A DNA stretch of 42,679 nt from a bacterium (GCA_023249935.1 JAHFBQ010000002.1:1-42679); one strand, 5' to 3'. Positions 8,777-17,367 are shown, counted from the first letter of the stretch. Notes: a model not told the origin generated them from the letters alone. Program-made: numbers and translations.

Positions 8777-8805
8777 ATAGTAGTACTAAAGTTTTGGGCT
8801 AGCAA
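8777..8805 (-). promoter_or_regulatory. Candidate sigma70-type promoter for the atpI-like/a/c4 operon
   Basis: On the minus strand: TTGCTA, 17-nt spacer, TACTAT, about 40 nt upstream of the 8737 start. Confidence 0.3.
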
Positions 8806-8990
8806 GCAAATTTTCGATTAAAAGTCCTGTTTTGCGCTATGGATCAAGGAAGGATTTTGGTAGTTTTTGGTCAATGTAATTTCCCTTATCAATTTTAATT
8901 GCTTTTTGTCACTAAAATTAAATAAAATAGTATATAGAGAGTTATGTCACTATGGGCAGATAATTTTTATTTGGGGAGAAGGGGGACAAG

Positions 8991-9569
8991 ATGAATGCAA
9001 AAAAGATGATACTGTTACTCGGACTTGCTGTTGGGGTAGGGCAAGATTGCTTAGCGAAGGCTAGTGCTGTACACAGGGCTCCAGAGCAGGCAAGGCCAGC
9101 CGTTCCGGCAGTTGGTGTGCAATACAAGCTTGGTCAGTTATGGTCATTAATTAATACCTCCAACCCAGCACAAACATCTAATTTTATCTTAGCATCGCTA
9201 AGTGGGCAGGTTATGCAGGATGTGGTACAAACTCAGGGGGCGTTTCCTGATGGTTCAGTCGCTGCTGATCGTGTGAATTTTGGTGGTGTTGTGATTAATA
9301 GAGCTTGGATTCAAGCAAATCAAGGTGTGCAGGTTCAGTTGCAAGCGGATCCAGCATTAGTCAATTATCTAGTGCAGCATAACAGAGTTTCGTCTGGAAA
9401 GAATGCTCGTGATTATGAACGGATATTGTTGTACTTTGTGCTAAAAATCGGCGCAGCTAGCTATCGTTTTTACCTGAATGATCCTTTTCCAGGGGGAATT
9501 CAAGGGAAGGTTAATCCAGCTCGTATGATTATTAAAAAATGGGATCTTGACGCTATGTATAGGCCATAG
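8991..9569 (+). CDS. Hypothetical secreted protein
   Basis: Signal peptide MNAKKMILLLGLAVGVGQDCLAKA and a strong SD (GGGGAGAAGGGGGA). I recognise no family motifs. Confidence 0.6.
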   Translation: MNAKKMILLLGLAVGVGQDCLAKASAVHRAPEQARPAVPAVGVQYKLGQLWSLINTSNPAQTSNFILASLSGQVMQDVVQTQGAFPDGSVAADRVNFGGVVINRAWIQANQGVQVQLQADPALVNYLVQHNRVSSGKNARDYERILLYFVLKIGAASYRFYLNDPFPGGIQGKVNPARMIIKKWDLDAMYRP

Positions 9570-9587
9570 TAAATCTCTAAAAAGCTT

Positions 9588-9623
9588 GCCGCAGCTCTCT
9601 AAAAGAGAGCTGCGGCTTTTTTG
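9588..9623 (+). terminator. Rho-independent terminator
   Basis: 12-bp stem GCCGCAGCTCTC/GAGAGCTGCGGC with loop TAAAA, followed by TTTTTTG. Confidence 0.75.
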
Positions 9624-9697
9624 TTGCATACATGACTCTGGTCGCGTTAGCATCTCCTAATGAAGTACAATTCCCCTTTTCTAGAAAGGAATACTAT

Positions 9698-10810
9698 ATG
9701 AATGGGATGATGCGATATTGGCGCACGTTAGCGCTATTTTCTTGTGTGTTGTTATGTCGGGATTTGACGGCAAATATATTTTATTCTACTGCCAATGCAG
9801 ACCGAAATAATACTCAGAATCTAACAAATAGTAATGTCAATGCTTATCAAAGCACCACATACACTTTTACTCGGCCATCTCACGAACTACGTGGTCTATT
9901 TATGCTTAAAGATGGATTTACTATTAACTCTGGTGTTACCGCATGTTGGAATGCTGAAGGGGTTGTCGATGGACCTATGATATTTGCTGCTACAAGCTCT
10001 ATTCTTACGCTTTCTACTAGTATGCGCCTTGGGCCTAAAGGACAATTTGCAACAACAGATCATAAGGTCACGGCAAGCGCCAACGCATTTTTTCTTGGTG
10101 GAAATGATGCGCGGCTTACTACAACAATGCGCAATTACAGTTCTTTGAGAATAAATGGCTCTGGGTATGTGTTTACTATACAACCAACCTCTGGTGGCGT
10201 AAATCCCGGGGGTGAATTTTTCTTTACTACCCCTACAGACAATACTTGTCGCCTTAATGAAATGGTGCTTGCCTGTGGGAAGGGGTCGGCAAGGGGTGCT
10301 ATTTTTAATAGCCCTACCCATATATCCAATTCAATAATCTTAAGTGCCCCACCTGATGGCCAATATACAAAATTCGGAGCTGGATCAAGCTACTCACTGA
10401 CAATTACGGGGGATGTACGCATTGAAGGTTTTGGTACCCGCTTTGACAATGGCTCTAGACCAATCACAATTGGCAGAAACTCAATGTTGTCAGTTGGTCC
10501 TGGTATTGCTCTGACAGGGGTATCAAGTTTGACAATGACCGACACAACATCTGTATTACACCTAGATGGCTGTGATTTTTATGTAGGGTCTTCTGGTGTG
10601 CAGATGAATAGAGGGACCTTGATTTTTGATGGCAAGGTTAGGATTTTAAATATCAACTATGGTGGCGATCCTCTCAGTCCAAATACGGTTATGGCAAACG
10701 GATTTGTACTTGGTAGTGGGGCTGGGTTTGCCGGTCAAGATGTTAATGTGATGGTTCGAGGCGGAGCATCTGTGATAGTTGCCGGAGCTATGCATTATAA
10801 TCACGCATAA
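9698..10810 (+). CDS. Hypothetical secreted protein, Gly/Thr/Ser/Asn-rich, possibly beta-helix/adhesin-like
   Basis: Start set at the ATG preceded by AAGGAA. Signal peptide MNGMMRYWRTLALFSCVLLC. Low-complexity beta-rich composition. No autotransporter barrel is seen. Confidence 0.55.
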   Translation: MNGMMRYWRTLALFSCVLLCRDLTANIFYSTANADRNNTQNLTNSNVNAYQSTTYTFTRPSHELRGLFMLKDGFTINSGVTACWNAEGVVDGPMIFAATSSILTLSTSMRLGPKGQFATTDHKVTASANAFFLGGNDARLTTTMRNYSSLRINGSGYVFTIQPTSGGVNPGGEFFFTTPTDNTCRLNEMVLACGKGSARGAIFNSPTHISNSIILSAPPDGQYTKFGAGSSYSLTITGDVRIEGFGTRFDNGSRPITIGRNSMLSVGPGIALTGVSSLTMTDTTSVLHLDGCDFYVGSSGVQMNRGTLIFDGKVRILNINYGGDPLSPNTVMANGFVLGSGAGFAGQDVNVMVRGGASVIVAGAMHYNHA

Positions 10811-10830
10811 CGTTTGATTGGATTTTTATT

Positions 10831-10876
10831 CGCAACGTCGTCTCGGCTCTGAGCCGGGACGACGTTGCGTTTTGAT
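10831..10876 (+). terminator. Long GC-rich hairpin terminator
   Basis: 12-bp outer stem CGCAACGTCGTC/GACGACGTTGCG plus inner stem GGCT/AGCC, followed by TTTTGAT. Confidence 0.65.
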
Positions 10877-10900
10877 ATTACTATTGATTCCGCTCTTCCC

Positions 10901-13285
10901 CTACGCTCCCAGCTGAATATACATTTTTACAACTGAGTCCGCGTTAAGCGAGAGTGAGTTGATGCCGGCCTTTACCAAAAAAGCTGCTACCTCTGGGTAG
11001 TCAGATGGCGCCTGACCGCAGATACCAATCTTTTTTCCTGCTTTGCGGGCACCGTTAATGGCCATAGTAAGCATTATTTTTACTGCTTCGTCGCGTTCAT
11101 CAAAGATTGGTGCAACGAGTGCAGAGTCGCGGTCAACGGCAAGTGTCATCTGTGTTAGATCGTTTGAACCGATAGAGAACCCGTCGAAAAGCTTCGCGAA
11201 TTGCTCGATCAAGATAACGTTTGAAGGAATTTCACACATCATGTACAGCTCAAGACCATGCTGTCCGCGGTGTAGGCCATATTGTTTCATGGTATCGATT
11301 ACAAGCTTGGCTTCATTGACCGTTCGTACAAATGGTATCATAAGAATAACATTGGTCAGCCCCATTTCTTCACGTATTTTTTTCATGGCAGCGCATTCTA
11401 GCGCAAAGCCTTCTGTATATTGTGGATGGTAGTAACGTGAAGCACCACGAAAGCCGATCATTGGATTTTCTTCTTGCGGTTCAAAAAAATTACCACCAAG
11501 TAATTCGCGATATTCATTGCTCTTAAAATCTGACATGCGGATGATGACCGGTTTGGGGTAAAACGCTGCGGCGATCGTGCCGGCCTCCTGTGCGAGCTTA
11601 TCGATAAAAAATTGTTTCTTATCTTGGTAATCATACGTGAGTTTATCGAGTTGTTTTAATACTGCTTGATCAGTTATTTTCTCCGGATGTATCAATGCCA
11701 TGGGATGAACCTTAATGCCGTTATTTATGATAAATTCAAGACGGGCTAACCCAACCCCTGCATTAGGCAGTTTTGCTAAATTGAATGCTTCATCTGGATT
11801 GCCAACATTAAGAAGAAGATCTATTTTTGGCGTTCCTAACTTGGCAATTTCAGTTTTTTCTATAGAAAAAGGAACATTGCCTTCATACGCGTAACCAACT
11901 TCACCTGAGCTGCAATCAAGTGTAATAATTGCACCATCCTTAATTGATGTTGTGCCGCTGTGTGTACCAACAATGGCGGGGATACCCAACTCTCGACTAA
12001 TGATGGCGGCATGACAGGTGCGGCCGCCGCGGTTAGTAATGATTCCGCCGGCAATTTTCATGATTGGCTCCCAATCAGGGTCGGTCATGTCGGTGACAAT
12101 GATATCGCCAGGCTGGACACTACTCATGAGATGGGCTGATTCAATAACAATTGCTTTACCCGTACTGATGTGATGCCCAATGCTTTTCCCTTGACAGAGC
12201 ACCTTGGTAGTAGCTGTTTTTTTTATACTAAATTCTTCGATATAGGGTAGACCTTGTTTATTGGCATGTACCGTTTCAGGCCGTGCCTGTACGATGTACA
12301 ACTTGCCATCGATGCCATCTTTGGCCCACTCAATATCCATCGGCGTCCAGGAGCCGCGCTTAGCTGAGTAGTGATTTTCAATGATCTGAGCTTGCTTTGC
12401 AAGTTCAAGAATTTCATCATCACTGAGTACCCAGCGTTTTCGATCGTGTGTTTCGACGGGGACTATCTTTGTAGGAGTGTTGCTTTCGTTGCTGTAGATA
12501 AGTTTAATTTCCTTGCTGCCCATACGCTTTTTTAGGATGGGGCGAAATTCTTTTGCTAGCGTCGGTTTATGGACATAGTATTCATCTGGGTTAACACTGC
12601 CCTGTACAACCATTTCACCTAGGCCGTAAGAACCGGTAATGAAGATGACGTCACGAAAGCCGCTCTCAGTATCAAGGGTGAAGATCACACCGGCGCTGGC
12701 AATATCTGAACGAATCATTTTCTGTACGCCGATTGAGAGCGCAACATCCATATGTTTAAAACCGTTATCAATGCGATAAGAAATAGCTCGATTAGTAAAC
12801 AGTGATGCAAAGCTATGTGTAGTCATGCGTAATAATTCAGCAATTCCCTTGATGTTGAGATAAGTTTCTTGTTGTCCAGCAAAAGAAGCTTCAGGTAAAT
12901 CTTCGGCAGTGGCTGATGAACGCACAGCTATGCTACAATCGTTACCATAGCGAAGTTCAATTTTTTTGTAGGCAGCTTTGATTTCATCAATAAGTTGAGG
13001 TGGGAGTGGTGCATTGGTGATGAGTGTGCGAATCTCATGACCAATGGCTGCAAGCTTATCGAGATGTTTTTTATCAATTTGTGCCAGCAGGGTAGTAATT
13101 GGTGCTGAGAGTTTGTTTGTTTCTAAGTGGCATCTATAACCATCAGCTGTTATCGCAAATCCTGAGGGAACGCCGACGCCTTGAGCACTTAGATTATTTA
13201 TCATTTCTCCAAGCGAGGCATTCTTGCCGCCAACAACGGCCACATCGTTATTATTAATCTCTTCAAAAAATTTGATGTACTGCAT
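10901..13285 (-). CDS. ppsA: Phosphoenolpyruvate synthase (pyruvate, water dikinase)
   Basis: 794 aa. N-terminal VGGKNASLGEM ATP-grasp motif, phosphohistidine swivel motif GGRTCHAAIISRELGIPAIVG, and a C-terminal PEP-utilising TIM-barrel domain. Confidence 0.95.
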   Translation of the reverse strand: MQYIKFFEEINNNDVAVVGGKNASLGEMINNLSAQGVGVPSGFAITADGYRCHLETNKLSAPITTLLAQIDKKHLDKLAAIGHEIRTLITNAPLPPQLIDEIKAAYKKIELRYGNDCSIAVRSSATAEDLPEASFAGQQETYLNIKGIAELLRMTTHSFASLFTNRAISYRIDNGFKHMDVALSIGVQKMIRSDIASAGVIFTLDTESGFRDVIFITGSYGLGEMVVQGSVNPDEYYVHKPTLAKEFRPILKKRMGSKEIKLIYSNESNTPTKIVPVETHDRKRWVLSDDEILELAKQAQIIENHYSAKRGSWTPMDIEWAKDGIDGKLYIVQARPETVHANKQGLPYIEEFSIKKTATTKVLCQGKSIGHHISTGKAIVIESAHLMSSVQPGDIIVTDMTDPDWEPIMKIAGGIITNRGGRTCHAAIISRELGIPAIVGTHSGTTSIKDGAIITLDCSSGEVGYAYEGNVPFSIEKTEIAKLGTPKIDLLLNVGNPDEAFNLAKLPNAGVGLARLEFIINNGIKVHPMALIHPEKITDQAVLKQLDKLTYDYQDKKQFFIDKLAQEAGTIAAAFYPKPVIIRMSDFKSNEYRELLGGNFFEPQEENPMIGFRGASRYYHPQYTEGFALECAAMKKIREEMGLTNVILMIPFVRTVNEAKLVIDTMKQYGLHRGQHGLELYMMCEIPSNVILIEQFAKLFDGFSIGSNDLTQMTLAVDRDSALVAPIFDERDEAVKIMLTMAINGARKAGKKIGICGQAPSDYPEVAAFLVKAGINSLSLNADSVVKMYIQLGA

Positions 13286-13333
13286 CTGCGTCCTTCGGTA
13301 TTTTTGATGCTACGTGCTATAATTGCATTCAGG

Positions 13334-13376
13334 GTAATGCAAGCTCTGAGGTTTGAGAACAAAAAAGGGAAGAGAG
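13334..13376 (+). repeat. 43-bp perfect direct repeat, copy 1
   Basis: GTAATGCAAGCTCTGAGGTTTGAGAACAAAAAAGGGAAGAGAG is identical to 15254-15296, offset exactly 1920 bp. Confidence 0.95.
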
Positions 13377-13455
13377 TGTGGAAATCAGCATCTGATGCAG
13401 AAGGTGGTTGTGTTTATCTAGAATAGAGTATTTCTTTTTTGTAGAAAGAGACTAA

Positions 13456-13776
13456 ATGATTTCACAAGAAACAATTCAAGAGGCAATACAGCGCTTGGTT
13501 AAAGCATACAATCCGCTTATCATTTATTTCTATGGTCCATATGGATGGGGAACTCCAGATGATGATGATGATCTAAATATCTTGCTCATAATCGAGTCAT
13601 CAAATGAAAAAGCTCATAAAAGGGGATATAAGGCATTTGATGCATTATTCGGACTAGAAATTCCCTCGAGGGTAATTGTTTTTACAAAAGAAGAGTTTGA
13701 TATGTCCTCTCAAGACATAACATCACCAACTCATGAGATAAAAAACAAAGGGAAGATTGTCTATGCCAGGCCTTAG
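13456..13776 (+). CDS. Minimal nucleotidyltransferase (MNT/MntA-like antitoxin-type)
   Basis: 106 aa with a pol-beta NTase motif region YGPYGWGTPDDDDDLNILLI. Overlaps the downstream HEPN gene by 14 nt. Confidence 0.8.
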   Translation: MISQETIQEAIQRLVKAYNPLIIYFYGPYGWGTPDDDDDLNILLIIESSNEKAHKRGYKAFDALFGLEIPSRVIVFTKEEFDMSSQDITSPTHEIKNKGKIVYARP

Positions 13777-14140
13777 AGATTGGTTGAGAAAAGCATCAAG
13801 CGATTTAAAGGCATCAAAAAAATTATCTGATGATAATGAAACGCTTGATTGTTCAGTATTTCATACACAACAATGTGCGGAAAAAGCCTTCAAAGCATTT
13901 ATTGTGTTTACACAACAAGCAATTCCAAAAACACATGACCTTAAGTTTTTATTAGAACATTGCGCAAAAATTGATTCAGATTTTTTATTTCTGTTGGATG
14001 AAAGCATAGTTTTAGACGCTTATGGGTATGATTCAAGGTATCCCAGTGACAATTTTTATGTTGATAAACAAAGCACAATCGATGCTATTGAAATGGCAGA
14101 AAAAATCTTAATTACCATAAAAACTAAAATTAGTTTATAG
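13763..14140 (+). CDS. HEPN-domain protein (toxin-type partner of the NTase)
   Basis: HEPN-like helices HTQQCAEKAFKAF and THDLKFLLEHC. Start set at the ATG (13763) preceded by AAGGGAAG. The ORF track start at 13757 is a TTG. Confidence 0.8.
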   Translation: MPGLRDWLRKASSDLKASKKLSDDNETLDCSVFHTQQCAEKAFKAFIVFTQQAIPKTHDLKFLLEHCAKIDSDFLFLLDESIVLDAYGYDSRYPSDNFYVDKQSTIDAIEMAEKILITIKTKISL

Positions 14141-14170
14141 GTGTTCTCAGTATTTGTAGCGAAGGGGTTT

Positions 14171-15226
14171 ATGACAAATTTCAATATTCCTTCAAGATTA
14201 TCTGTTGGCGACAAAGTTGCCATAGTCTCACCATCTTCCGGTTGTGCTGGCCTATTTCCATGGGTATATGAGCTTGGTTTGCAGCGATTGCGCGATGAAT
14301 TTGGTCTTATTCCTGTGGAATTTCCAACCACCTTGCAAACACCAGATTATCTTGCACAATATCCTCAAGCTCGGGCGCAAGATATTAATGATGCATTCGC
14401 AAATCCAGAAATTAAGGCAATTATTTCTACTGCCGGTGGCTATGATGAAGTAAGAATTTTACCGTATCTTAATGCGCAGGAAATCTCCAATAATCCTAAG
14501 ATTTTTTTGGGTTATAGCGATAACGCCAACATACACACTTATCTTTATAAATTGGGCATGGTGTCCTACTACGGTTGCAGTGTGATGTCGCAACTGGCGA
14601 TGCAGGGCTGTATGCATGAGTACACAAAAAAGTATGTTAAGAAGGTTTTATTTGAACTAAGTATTGGGCAAATAGATAACTCTCCTGAATGGACTGATTT
14701 TGATCTTGATTGGGCTGATAAAACAAACTTAACAAAAACTCGTCCCATGGAAAAAAGTCCAGGCTGGGTATGGCAGAACACTCAAGGTAAAAAAATTACT
14801 GGAAGATTATTTGGAGGATGTTTAGAAATCCTCGAAATGCACTTGGCTATCAACTCATATTTGCCCAATGATAATCAGTTTGACGACATGGTTTTATATT
14901 TAGAAACGTCAGAAGAGATGCCGACCGCGGGCTTTGTTTATAGGTTTTTTCTGGCACTTGCGCAGCGAGGTCTATTGCAAAGAATAAGGGCTTTGTTAAT
15001 AAGCATCCCCAAAGCTCAATTTATGGGGAAAATGCCTACTGAGGGAAGAAATGAGTTTATAACTAACCAACGTCATGCTGTAAATAAATCGTTGCAAGAT
15101 TGCCAGGTAGCTGAATTACCCGTCGTGTTCAATCTTCATTTTGGACATGTTGATCCACAATTAATTATTCCCAATGGTGGTATGGTGACTATTGATGGAA
15201 TTCAAGAGAAAATTTTCTTCGAATAG
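14171..15226 (+). CDS. Peptidase S66 LD-carboxypeptidase (LdcA/MccF-like)
   Basis: S66 motifs VAIVSPSSG, GYSDNANIH (Ser nucleophile), LETSEE and FGHVDP. ATG at 14171 is preceded by GAAGGGG. An alternative GTG start lies at 14141. Confidence 0.85.
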   Translation: MTNFNIPSRLSVGDKVAIVSPSSGCAGLFPWVYELGLQRLRDEFGLIPVEFPTTLQTPDYLAQYPQARAQDINDAFANPEIKAIISTAGGYDEVRILPYLNAQEISNNPKIFLGYSDNANIHTYLYKLGMVSYYGCSVMSQLAMQGCMHEYTKKYVKKVLFELSIGQIDNSPEWTDFDLDWADKTNLTKTRPMEKSPGWVWQNTQGKKITGRLFGGCLEILEMHLAINSYLPNDNQFDDMVLYLETSEEMPTAGFVYRFFLALAQRGLLQRIRALLISIPKAQFMGKMPTEGRNEFITNQRHAVNKSLQDCQVAELPVVFNLHFGHVDPQLIIPNGGMVTIDGIQEKIFFE

Positions 15227-15253
15227 ATATTTTAAGATTTCTCTAAGAGCATA

Positions 15254-15296
15254 GTAATGCAAGCTCTGAGGTTTGAGAACAAAAAAGGGAAGAGAG
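15254..15296 (+). repeat. 43-bp perfect direct repeat, copy 2 (supplies the SD for the 15298 gene)
   Basis: Identical to 13334-13376 and ends 1 nt before the ATG at 15298. Confidence 0.95.
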
Positions 15297-15297
15297 A

Positions 15298-16395
15298 ATG
15301 AAAACCGGATTTCGTCATGTGGTCATGGTTGTGTATGACGGTATAGAAAATTCGGTCTTTGAGAGCCAGGTTGTAGCGCCGTTTCTACAAGAGCTTGTTG
15401 TAGATCAAACCCTTGAAGTAACTATTGTATCATTCGAACGACTACTTCCCCAAAAAACATTGCTTTGTAAAAAATTTCCAGCACATGATCGGTTGCATTT
15501 GGTAGTGGCCAAGAAGTTACCATTTTTTGGCGTTATTAGTCTGCAGTTTGCGCTTTGGCAGCTGATTAAAATTCTTAAATTAATTGGTGGATCTGAGTTA
15601 CAGGCACGCGGGCCACTTGCTGGTTGGCTTGTATTGAATGTAGTGCAAAAGCTCGCGTCGGTTGAAATAATTTTGCGTGGCCTTGTGCCGCCAGTTCTTA
15701 TTCAAGCACGCGGCTTGGCTGCACAAGAGCATGGCTATGCAGCGAAGCATTGTAAACGGGGAGTGTTGTGCAAAGTAAAAGACTGGGTTGTGCAAAATTT
15801 GCTTCATCGTCTTGAGGCTGAAGTATATGGCTATCATGGTATCATTGCTGATACAAGGCGCTTTACGATTGAAGTAGTAAGCCATGCTTTGAAAGATTAT
15901 TTGATTGCAGAATTTAGAGCTGACCAAAAAAATATTGTTTTGGCTACGCGAGATATCACGCCGCGCTTAGATGCTGAACATGTGGCAACATGGCGAGCCA
16001 AGAAGCGTAGCGAGCTTGGATTAATGCAAGATGCTCATGTGTATGTTTATAGCGGATCATTTAAGCCTTGGCAGTGTGCCAGCGAAACGATTGCCGCGGC
16101 AGCAAAACTTTTAGAACAAAATCCACGAGCGTTTTTTTTGGTGTTGTCTGGAGATGTTGAGCAGTTTCATGCTGCGATCAAAGCAGCAAAAATAGATGCA
16201 ACGCGTTGTCTAGTGACCTGTGTGCCAAGTTCACGATTAACTGAATATTTGTCTGTGGCTGATACCGGTTTTTTATTGCGTGAACCGCATGTTATCAATT
16301 GGGTTTCGCGTCCAACCAAGATGCTGGAGTATCAGGCTGTTGGGCTTGAAATTCTGCATAACAACACCATCGGATGTTTAGCAAAACAGGCTTAA
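15298..16395 (+). CDS. GT-B fold glycosyltransferase-like protein
   Basis: 365 aa. The C-terminal half has a GT4/GT1-like E-x7-E region (RPTKMLEYQAVGLEILHN). The N-terminal half is Rossmann-like. Confidence 0.6.
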   Translation: MKTGFRHVVMVVYDGIENSVFESQVVAPFLQELVVDQTLEVTIVSFERLLPQKTLLCKKFPAHDRLHLVVAKKLPFFGVISLQFALWQLIKILKLIGGSELQARGPLAGWLVLNVVQKLASVEIILRGLVPPVLIQARGLAAQEHGYAAKHCKRGVLCKVKDWVVQNLLHRLEAEVYGYHGIIADTRRFTIEVVSHALKDYLIAEFRADQKNIVLATRDITPRLDAEHVATWRAKKRSELGLMQDAHVYVYSGSFKPWQCASETIAAAAKLLEQNPRAFFLVLSGDVEQFHAAIKAAKIDATRCLVTCVPSSRLTEYLSVADTGFLLREPHVINWVSRPTKMLEYQAVGLEILHNNTIGCLAKQA

Positions 16396-17219
16396 GCTTG
16401 CAGTGTTTCCCAAATTACTAGAAAATCATCGAAACTGAGTTGCTGAGCGCGCTTACTTAGCGTCTCTTCTGAGAGCCTAGCCAGATCATAATGTGTTGTA
16501 CGCAAGTTGTTTCTGAGAGTTTGACGAGGAGACTTAAAGCAAAGCTTTATGGTGTCCCAGAATAACGGTTCATTTGGGATGGATGGTCCTTGCCGTGGTG
16601 TCAGCTGTACGAGGCGAGAGAACACCTTGGGTGGCGGCGTGAATGCGCCCGGCTCGATTTTCTCTAGTAGCTTGATGGTGAAGTGGTGCTGAAAAAACAT
16701 GGTGACGGCGGAAAAGCTTCTGCCATGAGTGGCCGCAAGTTTCTGGCCGACTTCTTCTTGCACCATGATGACGATGTCGCCAAAACGGTCTTTACTTTTT
16801 TGTACCAGATATAAAATTGGGAAGGTGATTTGATAGGGAAGATTGGCGAGCATGATTAAGGGAGCTGCGCTTTCTACTGTATCAAATGATGCATCAAGAA
16901 TATTTTGTAAGCGTAGGTCAAGGCGTTGATCATGGATGTTGCCACGTACGTAGTCAGCCCATTCCTTGTCGATCTCAAAACAAACCAGCTTTTTGCATTT
17001 GGTTTGATTAAGAATAGCCCTGGTTAAGAACCCGTCGCCGCAACCGATTTCTACTACTGTAGTTTCGGGTGTGACGGTGACGGCGTTGATCATGTTGTCA
17101 ACGACGCTGTGTTTACGCAGGAAGTGTTGACCTAACTGCTTCTTTTTTGCAGGTAGGCCAGTATCAACGACTTCTTTGATCTTGTAATTTTTCTTAATAA
17201 ATTGTTTCATGAGTTCCAT
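16392..17219 (-). CDS. rsmA: 16S rRNA (adenine1518/1519-N6)-dimethyltransferase
   Basis: Motifs LGQHFL, VVEIGCGDGFLT (SAM binding) and ANLPYQIT. Confidence 0.95.
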   Translation of the reverse strand: MELMKQFIKKNYKIKEVVDTGLPAKKKQLGQHFLRKHSVVDNMINAVTVTPETTVVEIGCGDGFLTRAILNQTKCKKLVCFEIDKEWADYVRGNIHDQRLDLRLQNILDASFDTVESAAPLIMLANLPYQITFPILYLVQKSKDRFGDIVIMVQEEVGQKLAATHGRSFSAVTMFFQHHFTIKLLEKIEPGAFTPPPKVFSRLVQLTPRQGPSIPNEPLFWDTIKLCFKSPRQTLRNNLRTTHYDLARLSEETLSKRAQQLSFDDFLVIWETLQA

Positions 17220-17241
17220 ATGAATTGTTTTAGAGAGGATG

Positions 17242-17268
17242 GATCCCAGCGCCTGGGCTGGGATGACA
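17242..17268 (-). repeat. GTCATCCC-type small hairpin repeat, copy A
   Basis: Minus strand reads TGTCATCCCAGCCCAGGCGCTGGGATC. 8-bp stem ATCCCAGC/GCTGGGAT. Confidence 0.7.
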
Positions 17269-17338
17269 GGTCAAAAACACCCCTGTAAGGGCTCAAGAAT
17301 AGGCAAACCGGCATGGTTTGCAAGGGAATTTTTGCTTT

Positions 17339-17367
17339 TTGACAATTTTTAATACTTTTCTTACAAT
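17339..17367 (+). promoter_or_regulatory. Near-consensus sigma70 promoter for ssrA
   Basis: TTGACA (17339-17344), exactly 17-nt spacer, TACAAT (17362-17367), about 22 nt upstream of the mature tmRNA 5' end. Confidence 0.65.

Noticed and set aside
8415-8780. 121-aa plus-strand ORF overlapping the AtpI/AtpR-like gene
   Set aside because: Its composition is not protein-like (Cys/Arg/Lys-rich, no SD). The minus-strand ORF has three clean TM helices and is translationally coupled to the a-subunit gene.
10901-13285. Alternative call of pyruvate phosphate dikinase instead of PEP synthase
   Set aside because: The length (794 aa) and N-terminal VGGKNASLGEM organisation fit PpsA. PPDK is about 870-900 aa with a different N-terminal arrangement.
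13380-13430. 16-codon GTG ORF (VWKSASDAEGGCVYLE) after the left 43-bp repeat as a real small gene
   Set aside because: It is more simply explained as a decayed duplicate of the glycosyltransferase start region. I have no independent coding evidence for it.
17303-17321. Hairpin GCAAACC-GGCAT-GGTTTGC upstream of the ssrA promoter as a terminator
   Set aside because: No plus-strand gene lies upstream to be terminated, and the hairpin is not followed directly by a T-run. Its function is unclear, so I did not call it.
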